DNA from: Anaerolineales bacterium
GTDB lineage: Bacteria > Chloroflexota > Anaerolineae > 4572-78 > NAK82
Length of the DNA: 64,000 bases
Direction: 5' to 3'
Assembly (NCBI GenBank): GCA_020343875.1
Contig: CP070811.1
Location: 4,176,018 to 4,240,017, forward strand
Part shown: piece after piece, positions 7,754 through 17,788 of the stretch
How the letters are laid out: each line of letters starts with the position of its first letter
Position numbering within the stretch: the stretch's first letter is position 1
Translations under genes and position numbers: made by a program
The notes under the pieces: model-generated
What the model saw: only the letters and a program-made list of their open reading frames with translations
The model's database searches: none
Told to the model about the DNA's origin: nothing

Positions 7754-10066
7754 ATGCCAAGATTCTTTTTCACGGGTCTGCGCGTCCGCTTGCTGCTGCT
7801 GGTGTTGGGGGCGGTCGTCCCTGTCCTGGGGCTGACCGTCTATACCAATACCGAATTGCGCCGTCTGGCCGCTGACCATGCCGAGGCAGAAGCATTGCGG
7901 CTGGTCCGTATCGCTGCCAGCGATCAGCAGGACTCAATCCATGATACGCGCCAACTCCTCTTCGCCCTGGCGCAGCTTCCCGAACTGGTCGAAGAGGATC
8001 CGGTCGCCTGCTCCGCTCTGCTGGCCGGGCTGCTGAATCAATATCCTCAGTATACTCGGGTAGGGGCCATTGCGCCGGACGGAGACCTTTTCTGTAGCGC
8101 GCCGCCAGCCGAAGGCCCGGTCAACTTGGCGGATCGGGACTATTTTCAGCGCGCCTTCGAGACGCGTGACTTCGCCATTGGCAGCTATCAGGAAGACCCC
8201 GTTAGTGGCAGAGCGACGCTGGATTCAGGATTCCCTGTCCTCGATGAGAAGGGCCAGGCCCAGGCCGTCGTGTTTGCCTCTCTGGACCTGGCCTGGCTCA
8301 ACCAATTGGCGGCCGAAGCACGGTTTCCAGAGGGTTCGACCTTTACCGTGATTGACCGCCACGGCACCATCCTGGTCCGTTATCCTGATCCAGGTGTCTG
8401 GGTCGGCCAATCCCTACCCGAGGCGCCGATCGTTGAGACCAATCTGAGGCAGCAAGGCGAAGGTACGGCTGAAGCTGACGGTGTGGACGGCATTCTCCGT
8501 TCATTTGCCTTTTCACCGCTGGCGGGCCTGCCCGGAGGGGACGGCGAAGTGTATGTCAGCATCGGAATCCCCACCGGCGTTGCCTTTTCTGATGCCAACC
8601 GTGCGCTGATTCGAAATCTGGTCGGGCTGGGGCTGGTCACTATGCTGGCGCTGGCCGCAGCTTGGTTTGGCGGCGATCTATTCATCTTGCGCCGGGTAAA
8701 CGCGCTGGTCAGCGCGACCAGGCGACTGAGCGCTGGCGACTTGAGTGTGCGCACTGAGTTGCCCTATGGGTATGGCGAGCTGAGTCAACTCGCTCGCGCG
8801 TTCGACGAAATGGCCGAGTCGCTGGAGCGGCGGGTTGCAGAGCGCGACCAAGCCACGCAAGCACTACAGGAGAGCAAGCGCGCCCTATCCACATTGATGA
8901 GCAACCTGCCCGGCATGGCCTATCGCTGCCTGAACGATCGTGCGCGGACCCTGGAATTCGTCAGCGAGGGCTGTCTCGACCTGACCGGTTACCCTCCCTC
9001 GGATCTGATCCAGGGCCGCACGTCTTACGCACAGCTGATCCATGCCGAGGATCGAGAGCCCATATGGAATCAAATACAAACTGCCCTGACCAAGGGCGTT
9101 CCTTTCCGGCTCACCTACCGCATTCGTACCGCCTCGGGGGAGGAGAAATGGGTTTGGGAACAAGGGCGGGGCGTGCTTTCCTCTGACAGAGCCCCTATTG
9201 CACTCGAGGGGTTCATCATCGACATCACCGAACGGGTGCTGGCCCACCAGACATTGGAGCAACGCGTGGCGGACCGGACGCGAGAACTATCGGCGCTGTA
9301 CGACGTAACGGCGGTGGCCAGTGCCTCTTTGGAGCTGGAGACGGTCCTGGACCGCTCCTTGGATCGCGTATTGACGGTGATGGGCAGTCAGCTAGGTGCC
9401 ATTCACCTGCTTGACGAGATGGAAGGGACATTACACCTGGCCTCAGGGCGAGGAATTCCAGCCGATCAGGTCGCCCGCATATCCTCGGTGCCGGTGGGCA
9501 GTGGTCTGGTGGGTTTGGTAATTGAGCAGGGCGACTCCCTGGTCCTGTCCGACATCAGCGCCGGTCCCCGGCCATTGCTGGCTATCCCAGCCAGCGACTT
9601 CCAGGGCTACGTGGGAGTGCCAATACGGGCCAGAGGACGGGTTTTGGGGGTAATTAGCGTCGTGTTAGAAAGGGGACGGAGTTTCACCTCAGAAGAGGTG
9701 GCCCTGCTTGACTCCATTGCCGATCAAATTGGGGTAGCAGTGGAGAACGCCCGCTTGTATGATGCTGAGCAGGTGCGCCGTCGCCAGGCCGACACGCTGC
9801 TGGAGGTCGCTTCGGCCGTTGGCTCCACGCTAGAACTGGACCAGGTACTGTCCCATATCCTGGATCAGCTTCAGCGTGTGGTTGGCTACGACAGTGCCTC
9901 GGTTCAGTTGCTGCAACAAGGAAGCCTGCAAGTGGTGGCCGGCCGTGGCTTCCCTAACGAGAGACAAGTGCTGGGCATCACTTTCCCCCTGAATGAGGAG
10001 TCTCCCAACCAGAAGGTAATCAGGGAAGGCCGCCCGCTCAGCTTGGCCGACGCACCCACTCTCTAG
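7754..10066 (+). CDS. Sensor histidine kinase, sensory portion (TM, Cache-like, TM, HAMP, PAS, GAF, first half of a second GAF) ending at an in-frame TAG
   Basis: Two TM helices flank an extracytoplasmic Cache-like region. HAMP (RRLSAGDLSVRTELPYGYGELSQLARAFDEMAESL). PAS (LPGMAYRCLNDRARTLEFVSEGCLDLTGY...). GAF (GYVGVPIRARGRVLGVISV). It ends at TAG 10064-10066, in frame with the next ORF. Confidence 0.85.
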   Translation: MPRFFFTGLRVRLLLLVLGAVVPVLGLTVYTNTELRRLAADHAEAEALRLVRIAASDQQDSIHDTRQLLFALAQLPELVEEDPVACSALLAGLLNQYPQYTRVGAIAPDGDLFCSAPPAEGPVNLADRDYFQRAFETRDFAIGSYQEDPVSGRATLDSGFPVLDEKGQAQAVVFASLDLAWLNQLAAEARFPEGSTFTVIDRHGTILVRYPDPGVWVGQSLPEAPIVETNLRQQGEGTAEADGVDGILRSFAFSPLAGLPGGDGEVYVSIGIPTGVAFSDANRALIRNLVGLGLVTMLALAAAWFGGDLFILRRVNALVSATRRLSAGDLSVRTELPYGYGELSQLARAFDEMAESLERRVAERDQATQALQESKRALSTLMSNLPGMAYRCLNDRARTLEFVSEGCLDLTGYPPSDLIQGRTSYAQLIHAEDREPIWNQIQTALTKGVPFRLTYRIRTASGEEKWVWEQGRGVLSSDRAPIALEGFIIDITERVLAHQTLEQRVADRTRELSALYDVTAVASASLELETVLDRSLDRVLTVMGSQLGAIHLLDEMEGTLHLASGRGIPADQVARISSVPVGSGLVGLVIEQGDSLVLSDISAGPRPLLAIPASDFQGYVGVPIRARGRVLGVISVVLERGRSFTSEEVALLDSIADQIGVAVENARLYDAEQVRRRQADTLLEVASAVGSTLELDQVLSHILDQLQRVVGYDSASVQLLQQGSLQVVAGRGFPNERQVLGITFPLNEESPNQKVIREGRPLSLADAPTL

Positions 10067-10114
10067 CCGGCCTTCCAGGAACCTCCCTACGCCGATATCC
10101 GGAGCTGGTTAGGG

Positions 10115-10951
10115 GTGCCCCTGCGCGTACAAGAGCGGGTGATTGGCATCATCACCTTGGATCGGAGGAAACCAGGCGGATATGACGCTGAGGAAGTGCG
10201 ACTGGCGACTGCCTTTGCTGACCAGGTGGCGCTGGCTCTGGAGAATGCCCGCCTGTACCAACAGGCGGAGCAACTGGCGGTTATGAAAGAGCGCGGCCGG
10301 CTGGCACGCGACCTGCACGACTCGGTGACTCAAGCTCTGTATAGCATAACCCTGCTGGCCGAGGCAGCCCAGCGCCTGGCAGGAGCTGGCAACCTGGAAC
10401 AAGTCAGGAGTTATCTGGGCCGGCTGGGCGAGGCGGCCTTGCAGTCTCTCAAGGAAATGCGCTTACTGGTGCACGAACTGCGCCCGCCGATCTTGGAAAA
10501 AGTAGGCCTGGTGGGAGCCTTGCAGCAACGGTTGGATGCCGTCGAGGGACGATCTGGGGTGGAGACGCGCCTTCGGGTGGAAGGTACATTGGATTTGCCG
10601 GTCCGGGTGGAAGAAGGCCTCTATCGTATTGCGCAAGAGGCTCTGAACAATGCCCTGAAACATGCGGCAGCAAGCCTGGTGACCGTCTGGTTGCGCGCCG
10701 AAGGCGCGCAGGTGGAGTTAGAGGTGGCGGATAATGGTATTGGGTTCGACCCGGAGGCGGTGAGCGACCGAGGTGGGGTAGGCATGTTGAGCATGCGTGA
10801 ACGGGCGGAGCGACTGGGAGGCTCCTTGTCTGTTCTTTCAGCACCAGGAGGGGGGACGCGGGTGATCATCAAGGCCGAGATTTGTGGAGGGGACCCTGCC
10901 TCCTTTCGGTCTCTGGTCAGCTCGCTCGATTTCCCGGAGGTATTTTCATGA
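10115..10951 (+). CDS. Sensor histidine kinase, catalytic portion (second half of GAF, HisKA_3, HATPase_c); same frame as 7754..10066
   Basis: GVPLRVQERVIGIITLD... completes the GAF domain. HisKA_3 H-box RLARDLHDSVTQALYS. HATPase_c (EALNNALKHA, ADNGIGFD, GGVGMLSMRERAERLGG). GGAG at 10101-10104 lies 10 nt before GTG 10115. The stop overlaps the regulator start (ATGA). Confidence 0.85.
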   Translation: MPLRVQERVIGIITLDRRKPGGYDAEEVRLATAFADQVALALENARLYQQAEQLAVMKERGRLARDLHDSVTQALYSITLLAEAAQRLAGAGNLEQVRSYLGRLGEAALQSLKEMRLLVHELRPPILEKVGLVGALQQRLDAVEGRSGVETRLRVEGTLDLPVRVEEGLYRIAQEALNNALKHAAASLVTVWLRAEGAQVELEVADNGIGFDPEAVSDRGGVGMLSMRERAERLGGSLSVLSAPGGGTRVIIKAEICGGDPASFRSLVSSLDFPEVFS

Positions 10952-11604
10952 CCGAGATGATCCGTGTTCTGATTGCTGATGACTACCCGCTTGTCCGGGA
11001 TAGCTTGCGGGCCCTGCTTGAGACTGAGCCAGGGATGGAAGTAGTGGGCGAAGCGGCGGATGGGGTCGAGGTGGTGCTCAAAGCCCACGTTCTGCAGCCT
11101 GACGTTATCTTGCTGGACTTGGTGATGCCTCGCCAAGACGGTATCGGCGCCATCAGCCAGATCAAGCAGCAGGACCCCGATGCCAGGATCTTGGTCCTCA
11201 CCAGCTTTGCTGAGGACGAAAAAGTCTTCCCGGCTATTAAAGCCGGGGCGTTGGGCTACCTGCTGAAAAGCTCCTCACCCCAGCAGTTGTTGTACGCTAT
11301 CCGCGACGTCTATCGGGGCCAGTCCTCCCTTCACCCCACTATTGCACGCAAACTGATCACTGAGCTGCAACGTCCGCCAGAGTTACCCCCAACCGCGGAG
11401 CCATTGTCGGCCCGCGAAATGGAGGTGCTGCGTCTGGTGGCACGCGGTCTGACCAATCAGGAGATTGCCCAAGAATTGGTAATAAGCGAGCGGACGGCGC
11501 GTACCCACGTCAGCCGTATCCTGGAGAAATTGCATCTGGCAAACCGTACTCAAGCGGCGCTCTATGCAGCCCGGGAGGGGTTTGCTGACCCCGATGCGAG
11601 TTGA
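10948..11604 (+). CDS. NarL/FixJ-family response regulator (REC plus LuxR-type HTH)
   Basis: REC domain (IRVLIADDYPLVRDSL...DVILLDLVMP...KAGALGYLLK). HTH domain (LSAREMEVLRLVARGLTNQEIAQELVISERTARTHVSRILEKL). ATG 10948 overlaps the kinase stop. Confidence 0.95.
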   Translation: MTEMIRVLIADDYPLVRDSLRALLETEPGMEVVGEAADGVEVVLKAHVLQPDVILLDLVMPRQDGIGAISQIKQQDPDARILVLTSFAEDEKVFPAIKAGALGYLLKSSSPQQLLYAIRDVYRGQSSLHPTIARKLITELQRPPELPPTAEPLSAREMEVLRLVARGLTNQEIAQELVISERTARTHVSRILEKLHLANRTQAALYAAREGFADPDAS

Positions 11605-11920
11605 CGAGAAGGAAATGGCGGAACCCTGGCCCAGCAGGGTTATCTGCCCATCGCTCAAAGGGAATGGCCTTTCTCATTCACGTGCCCCATAGCTGAGCTT
11701 GCGTTAACACGATAGCTGACTACCAACAGTCGGCCGCTGTGCACAGCCCCCAACAGTCATGCCATGACGCCCCTGCTCCGTGGCGCTACCACGGGCCTGG
11801 TTCCCCGTACCCTTTGCCTACGCATAACTGTCGCATCCTCTGACGGTTTCGTCGACGTCTTGATGCTGGGCAGACGTCAAGCTGCTTTCTGTCTCCTGTG
11901 GTATATTGAATCACGTGTGA

Positions 11921-11938
11921 AGGCGAGGCATTGCCTCG
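11921..11938. repeat. Palindromic 18-mer AGGCGAGGCATTGCCTCG, copy 1
   Basis: Identical 18-mer to 20015-20032. Forms a hairpin (CGAGGC/GCCTCG core). Lies just downstream of a TGTGGTATATT promoter-like -10 at 11897-11907. Confidence 0.6.
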
Positions 11939-12161
11939 TCTTTGTACGTGTACTCACTCGGATACGACATTTGTCGTAGCTGTGGTGATAGTAAACGCTT
12001 AAGGGGATGGCTAAAAAGCGAGCTTTTCAGCCCAAGCTGAATCCACTCTCTAGCGGATTACAACCAGAACTTTCTCTGATATATTGAGGCTAGACTGGCA
12101 AGGTAAGTTTGTGGCGAAGCAATGCAGTGCCCCTGTTGAAGATCAGGAAAAACGGAGGGTC

Positions 12162-13427
12162 ATGGTGAAAACGATAAGCCTAGTAGCGAGAATAGGATTG
12201 TTTGCCCTGGTGCTCAGTCTGGGCACATTGGCCGCCCTGATTGTTGGCGAGACGCAAGGCTTGGCGCTGGCCGACCTGTCTGGCACGCCCGTGCAGTTGA
12301 TGGCCACTGCCGCACACAGCGATGTTATGCTTGCAGCACTTGGGGATGGTTCGCAGGCAGGTGGTATCTATCGTAGCAAGGATGGTGGCAAGTCCTGGCA
12401 GCGGGTAAGCTCCGGGCCAGGTCCGGCGGTTAACGCCCTGGCTATGCATCCCACCCAGCACACTGTTATGTACGCAGGCACAGCTGGTGGCCCGATGTCT
12501 ACCACGGACAGCCTGTGGCGCAGCTCCGATGGCGGCACAGCCTGGCAGAAGTCTCTCCTGAGCCTACCAGGCAGTCCCAATGGCCTGATCCCGGCTGTCA
12601 GTGCCCTGGCAATTGATCCCCTGCAGCCGGGGGTACTCTATGTCGGCACCAGTGGCCACGGCGTGTATCGCTTCGATACTGAGCCCAATCGCTATGGCTA
12701 CCAGCTTATGGGTGGCGTCTCGCTGTATCAGGCACATGTTAAGGGCCTGGTGGTGGGACCAGAGGGTAGCCTATATTCCCTTACCAACGAGGGCATTTTC
12801 CTCAGCCAAGGTGGCACCTGGCAGGAGCTGGTGGTACCCGAAGCGGTGGTCAGCCTGGCGGTAGGGGCCGACGATGGGGAAAGACTCTACATAGGCGGTG
12901 CCTCGACGGGCATCTACCGTTCCACCGATGGTGGCCAGACTTGGGAGCAGGCCAACAGAGGGATAGAAATGATCCCCGGTGCTGCGCTGAGAGTCACCGC
13001 GTTGGCCGTCGACCAAAACGATTCCAGACACGTGCTGGCGGCCACCAGCTACGGAGTTGGGAACCGATTGGCCCCGGGCAGCGTCTATAAGAGTGATGAC
13101 GGCGGTTATGCCTGGACTCGGCTGGCTGGTGTGAATGGGGTAGTGACGCAGCTAGTCTTGAACCAAAGAGGCATCTACGCCGCTAGCGAGGGTGGCCTGG
13201 CCCATTATGAGTTGCCACCCAGTCTGTCACCGCCCACCACCTTGCCTGAGGTGCGATCGGGTACGCTTATCAGCCTGCTGCAAGAGCAGAATCCTCTTGA
13301 GCGTCTGTCCAAACCGACCGGGGCCCAGGTGCTCATCCTGGCCCTGACGGTGGCCCTGGCTGGGCTGGTGTTGGTGGGTCGCGCAGAGTGGGTGTTGAAT
13401 AAAAAGTCTCACACAGTTTTAGGCTGA
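12162..13427 (+). CDS. BNR/Asp-box repeat beta-propeller protein (sialidase/Ycf48-like fold) with N- and C-terminal TM anchors
   Basis: Asp-box repeats SKDGGKSWQ, SSDGGTAWQ, STDGGQTWE, SDDGGYAWT. N-terminal anchor IGLFALVLSLGTLAALIV. C-terminal helix VLILALTVALAGLVLVG. GGAGGG precedes ATG 12162. Confidence 0.85.
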   Translation: MVKTISLVARIGLFALVLSLGTLAALIVGETQGLALADLSGTPVQLMATAAHSDVMLAALGDGSQAGGIYRSKDGGKSWQRVSSGPGPAVNALAMHPTQHTVMYAGTAGGPMSTTDSLWRSSDGGTAWQKSLLSLPGSPNGLIPAVSALAIDPLQPGVLYVGTSGHGVYRFDTEPNRYGYQLMGGVSLYQAHVKGLVVGPEGSLYSLTNEGIFLSQGGTWQELVVPEAVVSLAVGADDGERLYIGGASTGIYRSTDGGQTWEQANRGIEMIPGAALRVTALAVDQNDSRHVLAATSYGVGNRLAPGSVYKSDDGGYAWTRLAGVNGVVTQLVLNQRGIYAASEGGLAHYELPPSLSPPTTLPEVRSGTLISLLQEQNPLERLSKPTGAQVLILALTVALAGLVLVGRAEWVLNKKSHTVLG

Positions 13428-13470
13428 GAATAGATATTAACCCTGGGGCTTTGAAAGGGGGGCTCAAACA

Positions 13471-16400
13471 ATGTTACACCGTCTCTTTAGTCAGTTGTCT
13501 CAAAGTTCGTCAGCTGTCAGAATCGCGTTGGGTGCCGTGATTGGGATTTGGGCACTGGTCGTAGTGGCGCTCATCGCTGCTAGTATCCTGCTGTTGGAAA
13601 GGCCGGGTCAGGCCCTGCCGCCAGCCGAGGAAACAGGCCCCGCAAGTATCGTGTTGCAGCCCACTGCTGCTGCGGCAGGCGCCTCAGTGACTTTGTACGG
13701 TCAAGGGTGGAGTCCTGGGGACATCGTGCTGATCTATCTGGTACCTCCTGGCCAAACAGAGCCGCCTTCGTATGCGGTTGCTGGCTCCACCGCTGATCTC
13801 GAGGGCCGTTTCACAAGTCAGTTCGTCGTTCCTTCGGAACCAGTCTGGTTGCAGCAAGGGGCAGCCATGGTCGTTGCGCGGGCGTCTGAGAGTGGTATTT
13901 CTGCCCAAGCGTTCTTTAGCGTGTTGAGCTCGTCTGACGAACCTGTGGTTACGCCCAGCGCATCCGTCGAACCGACCGCCACGCCGATCGAAGTGTCTCC
14001 AACTCCCACATCGACGCCACAGCCAGGGTCACCGTCGGCAACAGCTACCGCCGATGTGAATATCCGGAGTGGCCCTGGGACGGCTTACTCGGTGTTGGGA
14101 GTATTGCGGGCCGGGCAAAGCGCTGAGATCACTGGCGTCAGCGCCGATGGCGGGTGGTGGCAGATCAAGTTTTCCGCAGCGACCGGCGAGCGTGGCTGGG
14201 TATCGGCCCGGTATGTGAGCGCCGAGAATACAAAAGATGTGCCGTTGGTCCAGGCACCTGGCCTGCCGCCGACGCTGACGCCTACCCCTACGCCAGTCAC
14301 AATCCGCGATTGGCGCGGCGAGTATTACGGCAACCAGAATCTGAACGGAACTCCACTTCTGGTACGCAACGACGTTGCGGTTAACTTCGACTGGGGGGCC
14401 AGTGGCCCGGCGCCCGGGCTGCCAGCGGATGGCTTCTCCGCCCGTTGGAGCCGCGACGCGAGCTTTGCGGCCGGCCCTTACCGCTTCTATGTGCGTGTAG
14501 ACGATGGCGTTCGGCTGTGGCTAGATGGATCTCTGCTCATCGACAGGTGGTACGACAGCGCGCCGACGCTGTATACTGCCGAGGTATATCTGCCGGATGG
14601 GAAACACAGCCTGCGCATGGAATACTACGAGCATACCGGGGATGCGCTGGCCCAATTGACTTGGGAACGGATAGAAACCTATCCAGACTGGAAGGGCGAA
14701 TACTACACCAACCCCAGCCTGAGTGGTATGCCGGCCCTGGTGCGAAACGACATTGCGATCAACTTTGATTGGGGATCAGCCTCACCAGCTTCGTCTCTGC
14801 CGAGCGATAACTTCTCCGCCCGCTGGAGTAGAAGCCTGAGCTTCCCCGCAGGCACCTATCGCTTCTACACACGCGTGGACGACGGGGTACGGTTGTGGAT
14901 CGATGATGCCCTGGTCATTGATGAGTGGCACGATAGCTCTCCGAGCACCTATAGCGCCGATGTCAATCTGTCCGATGGCGTGCATCGTGTTAAAATGGAG
15001 TACTACGAGCGGCTTGGAGGCGCTTTGGCTCAACTGGCATGGGAACGCGTGGAAACCTATCCAGACTGGAAGGGCGAGTACTTTAGCAATCGCAAGCTAC
15101 AGGGCAACCCTGTGCTGGCCCGCAACGATGCTTCGATCAGTTTCAAGTGGGGAAATGGTTCTCCGGGTTCAAGCGTGCCGGCTGACGATTTTTCTGCCCG
15201 CTGGACCCGCAAAGCGGACTTTCAGAGCGGGAACTACCGCTTCCGGGTTCGAGTGGATGATGGGATAAGACTGTGGGTTGACGATATCTTGGTGATCGAC
15301 AGTTGGCGAGACGGCAGCTTGCGCCTGATCGAGGCGGAGCAGCAGATCAGCCAGGGGAAACATCGGGTAAGAGTGGAGTACTACGAGCGGGGAGGCCTGG
15401 CACAAATCGAGGTAGCGTGGCAGCAGGTCCAAGAGCCGGCCAACCTGCCGCCTCAGGCGAACCCTGGTGGGCCGTACACGGTGGATGAAGGGAGCTTCGT
15501 GTCGCTGGATGGTGGTGCTTCCAAGGACCCCGATGGGCGCATCGACAAATATGAGTGGGACTTCAACTACGATGGAAAGACCTTTACTATGGACGCCACT
15601 GGCCAGACCGCCAGCACCCGCTACCCTGACGGTCCAGCCACACTGATCGTCGGGCTTCGGGTGACCGATGACAAGGGGGCCAACCACATTGCTACGACCC
15701 AGGTACAAGTGAAAAACATGGCGCCGGCGGCTGAGGCAGGTGGTCCCTATGCCGGGCGGGTGGAGAGCCCGATTACCATAGCTGGGACCGCCAGCGATCC
15801 AGGCCTCATCGATCAAACAGGCCTGGTCTACCTGTGGGATTTTGGCGACGGCGCCACCGCTAGCGGCCCTATCGTCAGCCATCGCTACGCTCAGCCTGGG
15901 GGCTACACCCTGAAACTGACTGTTACCGACAAGGATGGTGCCCAGGCCATCGACACGGCTTTGGTGCAGGTGTACCCTCTCGACCAGCCGCCTACAGCGG
16001 TTATCAGCGGGCCGGCGCAGGGCGAGACGGGCAAGTCTCTTACCTTCAGCGGAAGCGGCTCCAGTGACGGCGACGGTCACATCGTCAGCTATGCTTGGGA
16101 CTTTGGGGATGGCACTCAGGGCGGCGGAGTGGATGTGACACACAGCTATGCCATCTCGGGTAGCTATCAGCTGACCCTGGTCGTGACGGACAACACTGGA
16201 TTAACGGCTAAGACGACGCACATTGTTAAGATCGAACAGCCGGCTCAGGTCAACCAGCCTCCCACAGCGGTCATTGGTGGCCCGTTGCAGGGCAACGTGG
16301 GGGAGGTTCTTGACTTCAGTGGTAGCGGCTCCACAGACAGCGATGGGCAGATCGTGAGCTACGCCTGGGCCTTTGGAGATGGAGCGACTGGTAGTGGGAT

Positions 16401-16617
16401 CAGCGTCACCCACGTCTATACCCAACCTGGAAGCTACCAGGTAGTCTTGACCGTAAGTGATGACGGTGGGTTACCCGCCAGCGCCGGCCAGGTTGTCGAG
16501 GTTGGAGATAACGCCCAGACTACGCTACCCGCAGGCGCCACCCAAAGTCCGACGATGATGCAGGGGCTCGGTCTGGCGAGCGGCTCAAGAACGCCCGCCG
16601 GTGCTGCTCAACGGTAA
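13471..16617 (+). CDS. Large secreted/anchored protein: TM, SH3b, three PA14 domains, four PKD domains
   Basis: SH3b ([29 protein letters not shown]...GWVSARYV). Three PA14 modules (W(R/K)GEYY.N..L.G.P...R.D..I.F.WG...FSARW.R...G.YRF..RVDDG.RLW.D). Four PKD modules (Y.WDFGDG......V.H.Y...G.Y...L.V.D..G). Confidence 0.9.
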   Translation: MLHRLFSQLSQSSSAVRIALGAVIGIWALVVVALIAASILLLERPGQALPPAEETGPASIVLQPTAAAAGASVTLYGQGWSPGDIVLIYLVPPGQTEPPSYAVAGSTADLEGRFTSQFVVPSEPVWLQQGAAMVVARASESGISAQAFFSVLSSSDEPVVTPSASVEPTATPIEVSPTPTSTPQPGSPSATATADVNIRSGPGTAYSVLGVLRAGQSAEITGVSADGGWWQIKFSAATGERGWVSARYVSAENTKDVPLVQAPGLPPTLTPTPTPVTIRDWRGEYYGNQNLNGTPLLVRNDVAVNFDWGASGPAPGLPADGFSARWSRDASFAAGPYRFYVRVDDGVRLWLDGSLLIDRWYDSAPTLYTAEVYLPDGKHSLRMEYYEHTGDALAQLTWERIETYPDWKGEYYTNPSLSGMPALVRNDIAINFDWGSASPASSLPSDNFSARWSRSLSFPAGTYRFYTRVDDGVRLWIDDALVIDEWHDSSPSTYSADVNLSDGVHRVKMEYYERLGGALAQLAWERVETYPDWKGEYFSNRKLQGNPVLARNDASISFKWGNGSPGSSVPADDFSARWTRKADFQSGNYRFRVRVDDGIRLWVDDILVIDSWRDGSLRLIEAEQQISQGKHRVRVEYYERGGLAQIEVAWQQVQEPANLPPQANPGGPYTVDEGSFVSLDGGASKDPDGRIDKYEWDFNYDGKTFTMDATGQTASTRYPDGPATLIVGLRVTDDKGANHIATTQVQVKNMAPAAEAGGPYAGRVESPITIAGTASDPGLIDQTGLVYLWDFGDGATASGPIVSHRYAQPGGYTLKLTVTDKDGAQAIDTALVQVYPLDQPPTAVISGPAQGETGKSLTFSGSGSSDGDGHIVSYAWDFGDGTQGGGVDVTHSYAISGSYQLTLVVTDNTGLTAKTTHIVKIEQPAQVNQPPTAVIGGPLQGNVGEVLDFSGSGSTDSDGQIVSYAWAFGDGATGSGISVTHVYTQPGSYQVVLTVSDDGGLPASAGQVVEVGDNAQTTLPAGATQSPTMMQGLGLASGSRTPAGAAQR
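14311..15444 (+). repeat. Three tandem 378-bp coding repeats (PA14 modules)
   Basis: The module-initial TGG codons fall at 14311, 14689 and 15067, an exact 378-bp period. Modules 2 and 3 share GAAACCTATCCAGACTGGAAGGGCGA at 14674 and 15052. Confidence 0.85.
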
Positions 16618-16690
16618 TGGCTGCGACGCTATCATGACGCTTCTGCCCTGAGGTGGCCCGGGGATTTTCCCCCAAGTTAAGGGATCACAG

Positions 16691-16718
16691 CTGGCTGGCG
16701 CTGAAGAGCGCCAGCCAG
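16691..16718 (+). terminator. Stem-loop downstream of the PA14/PKD gene (no U-tract)
   Basis: CTGGCTGGCGCT pairs with AGCGCCAGCCAG: 12-bp stem, GAAG loop. No T-run follows, so its role as a terminator is uncertain. Confidence 0.35.
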
Positions 16719-16769
16719 AAATTCGCAAAACGTTATTCAAGAATCAAACTTATGTCAGAAGGGAGAAAA

Positions 16770-17588
16770 ATGATGAACAAACGTCAACTATTGATCAAGA
16801 CTTCAATCGCCGGCGCGGCACTGCTTATAGGTGCGTTGGGATTCACGTTGGCCAGGCCTTACCTGCCCGAGGCAGAGGCCAAGGCGGTCGCACCGTCGGC
16901 TCACACAAATGCTCTGGCCGCTCCTGCAACCGCACTACAGGCAGAGTCGGCTGTGCCGCGTACGATCACTGTCGTCGGCGAAGGGCGGGTGACCATGCAG
17001 CCCGACCTGGCTCAAGTCAACATCGGGATCGAAGTAGTGGGTGAGACGGTGAAGGATGCTGGTGGCCAGGCGTCAGAAACCATGGATGCGGTCATTGCAG
17101 CCCTGAAAGCCCAAGGCATAGCCGAAAAGGATATCCAGACTTCAGGCTATAGTGTTTGGGTCGAGCGGCCCTATAGTGAAGGGCTTCCCACCGGTACGGC
17201 TCTATATCACTTCAGCAACAGCGTGATGGTCAACATCCGCAGCTTGGACAAAGTGGGGACTAGCCTGGATGCGGCTATTGAAGCCGGCGCTAACAACATC
17301 TTCGGGGTTACTTTCAGCGTGGCTGAGCCGGGCCAACTCATGTCTGAAGCGCGTCGCAAGGCTGTAAGCGATGCTCTATCCAAAGCCAATCAACTCGCTG
17401 AGATGAATCAAGTGAAGCTGGGCAACGTAGTCACCGTCAGCGAAGTGGTCGGCGGTGGCGGAGGCTACTATCCTGGCAATTTTAGTCGTGTATCTATGGC
17501 TGAGGGGATGGGAGGTGGCGGTGGCCCTATCTCGCCCGGCGAGTTGGAGATGACCGTTCAGTTGCAGATCACCTATAGCATTGAGTGA
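16770..17588 (+). CDS. SIMPL-domain (DUF541/BP26-like) secreted protein
   Basis: Signal anchor LLIKTSIAGAALLIGALGF. Then RTITVVGEGRVTMQPDLAQVNIGIEV... and a Gly-rich insert before the final strand, typical of DUF541. GGGAG lies upstream of ATG 16770. Confidence 0.85.
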   Translation: MMNKRQLLIKTSIAGAALLIGALGFTLARPYLPEAEAKAVAPSAHTNALAAPATALQAESAVPRTITVVGEGRVTMQPDLAQVNIGIEVVGETVKDAGGQASETMDAVIAALKAQGIAEKDIQTSGYSVWVERPYSEGLPTGTALYHFSNSVMVNIRSLDKVGTSLDAAIEAGANNIFGVTFSVAEPGQLMSEARRKAVSDALSKANQLAEMNQVKLGNVVTVSEVVGGGGGYYPGNFSRVSMAEGMGGGGGPISPGELEMTVQLQITYSIE

Positions 17589-17668
17589 AACCATTGTTGG
17601 GTTGAAAACTTGTCGGTTGCATAAACTCAGGCCACAGGTCGGGCAGGTCTTTGTTTGACTGGCAGGCG

Positions 17669-17712
17669 GGCGGGTTGGCACCTTGTAAAGTGCCAACCCG
17701 CCTTTGCTTTGT
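17669..17712 (+). terminator. Rho-independent terminator of the SIMPL gene
   Basis: GGCGGGTTGGCAC (17669-17681) pairs with GTGCCAACCCGCC (17690-17702), 8-nt loop, followed by TTTGCTTTGT. Confidence 0.75.
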
Positions 17713-17788
17713 CTCAATTCCCCAAAATCTGGGACATACTCCGTGCGACGGGTTGTTGTGGGATTATCTTTAACTCTTTGCATTTCCA

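Noticed and set aside
6539-10066. Possible genome-wide reassignment of TAG (amber) to a sense codon, suggested by two in-frame TAGs within 3.6 kb.
   Set aside because: TAG is the ordinary terminator of many confidently called genes in this window, each at the expected protein end. Examples are rny at 3208-3210, the L,D-transpeptidase at 3335-3337, the GNAT gene at 24731-24733, korA at 26547-26549, korB at 27518-27520 and the patatin gene at 30560-30562. No pyl or suppressor-tRNA genes are visible. Only local read-through, mutation or sequencing error remain plausible.
11764-11979. 71-aa + strand ORF in the 557-bp spacer between the response regulator and the BNR gene.
   Set aside because: The translation is Arg/Leu/Cys-rich and non-protein-like. 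It spans a promoter-like TGTGGTATATT and the palindromic 18-mer hairpin. The region is better explained as regulatory or leader DNA.
15169-16143. Long antisense ORFs in the track. Examples: 15169..16143 minus (324 aa), 18321..19187 minus (288 aa), 2452..3246 minus (264 aa), 59647..60399 plus (250 aa), 34756..35457 minus (233 aa).
   Set aside because: Each lies entirely opposite a gene with strong family motifs, has Arg/Gly/Pro-rich low-information translations and lacks start signals. These are typical shadow ORFs of high-GC DNA.
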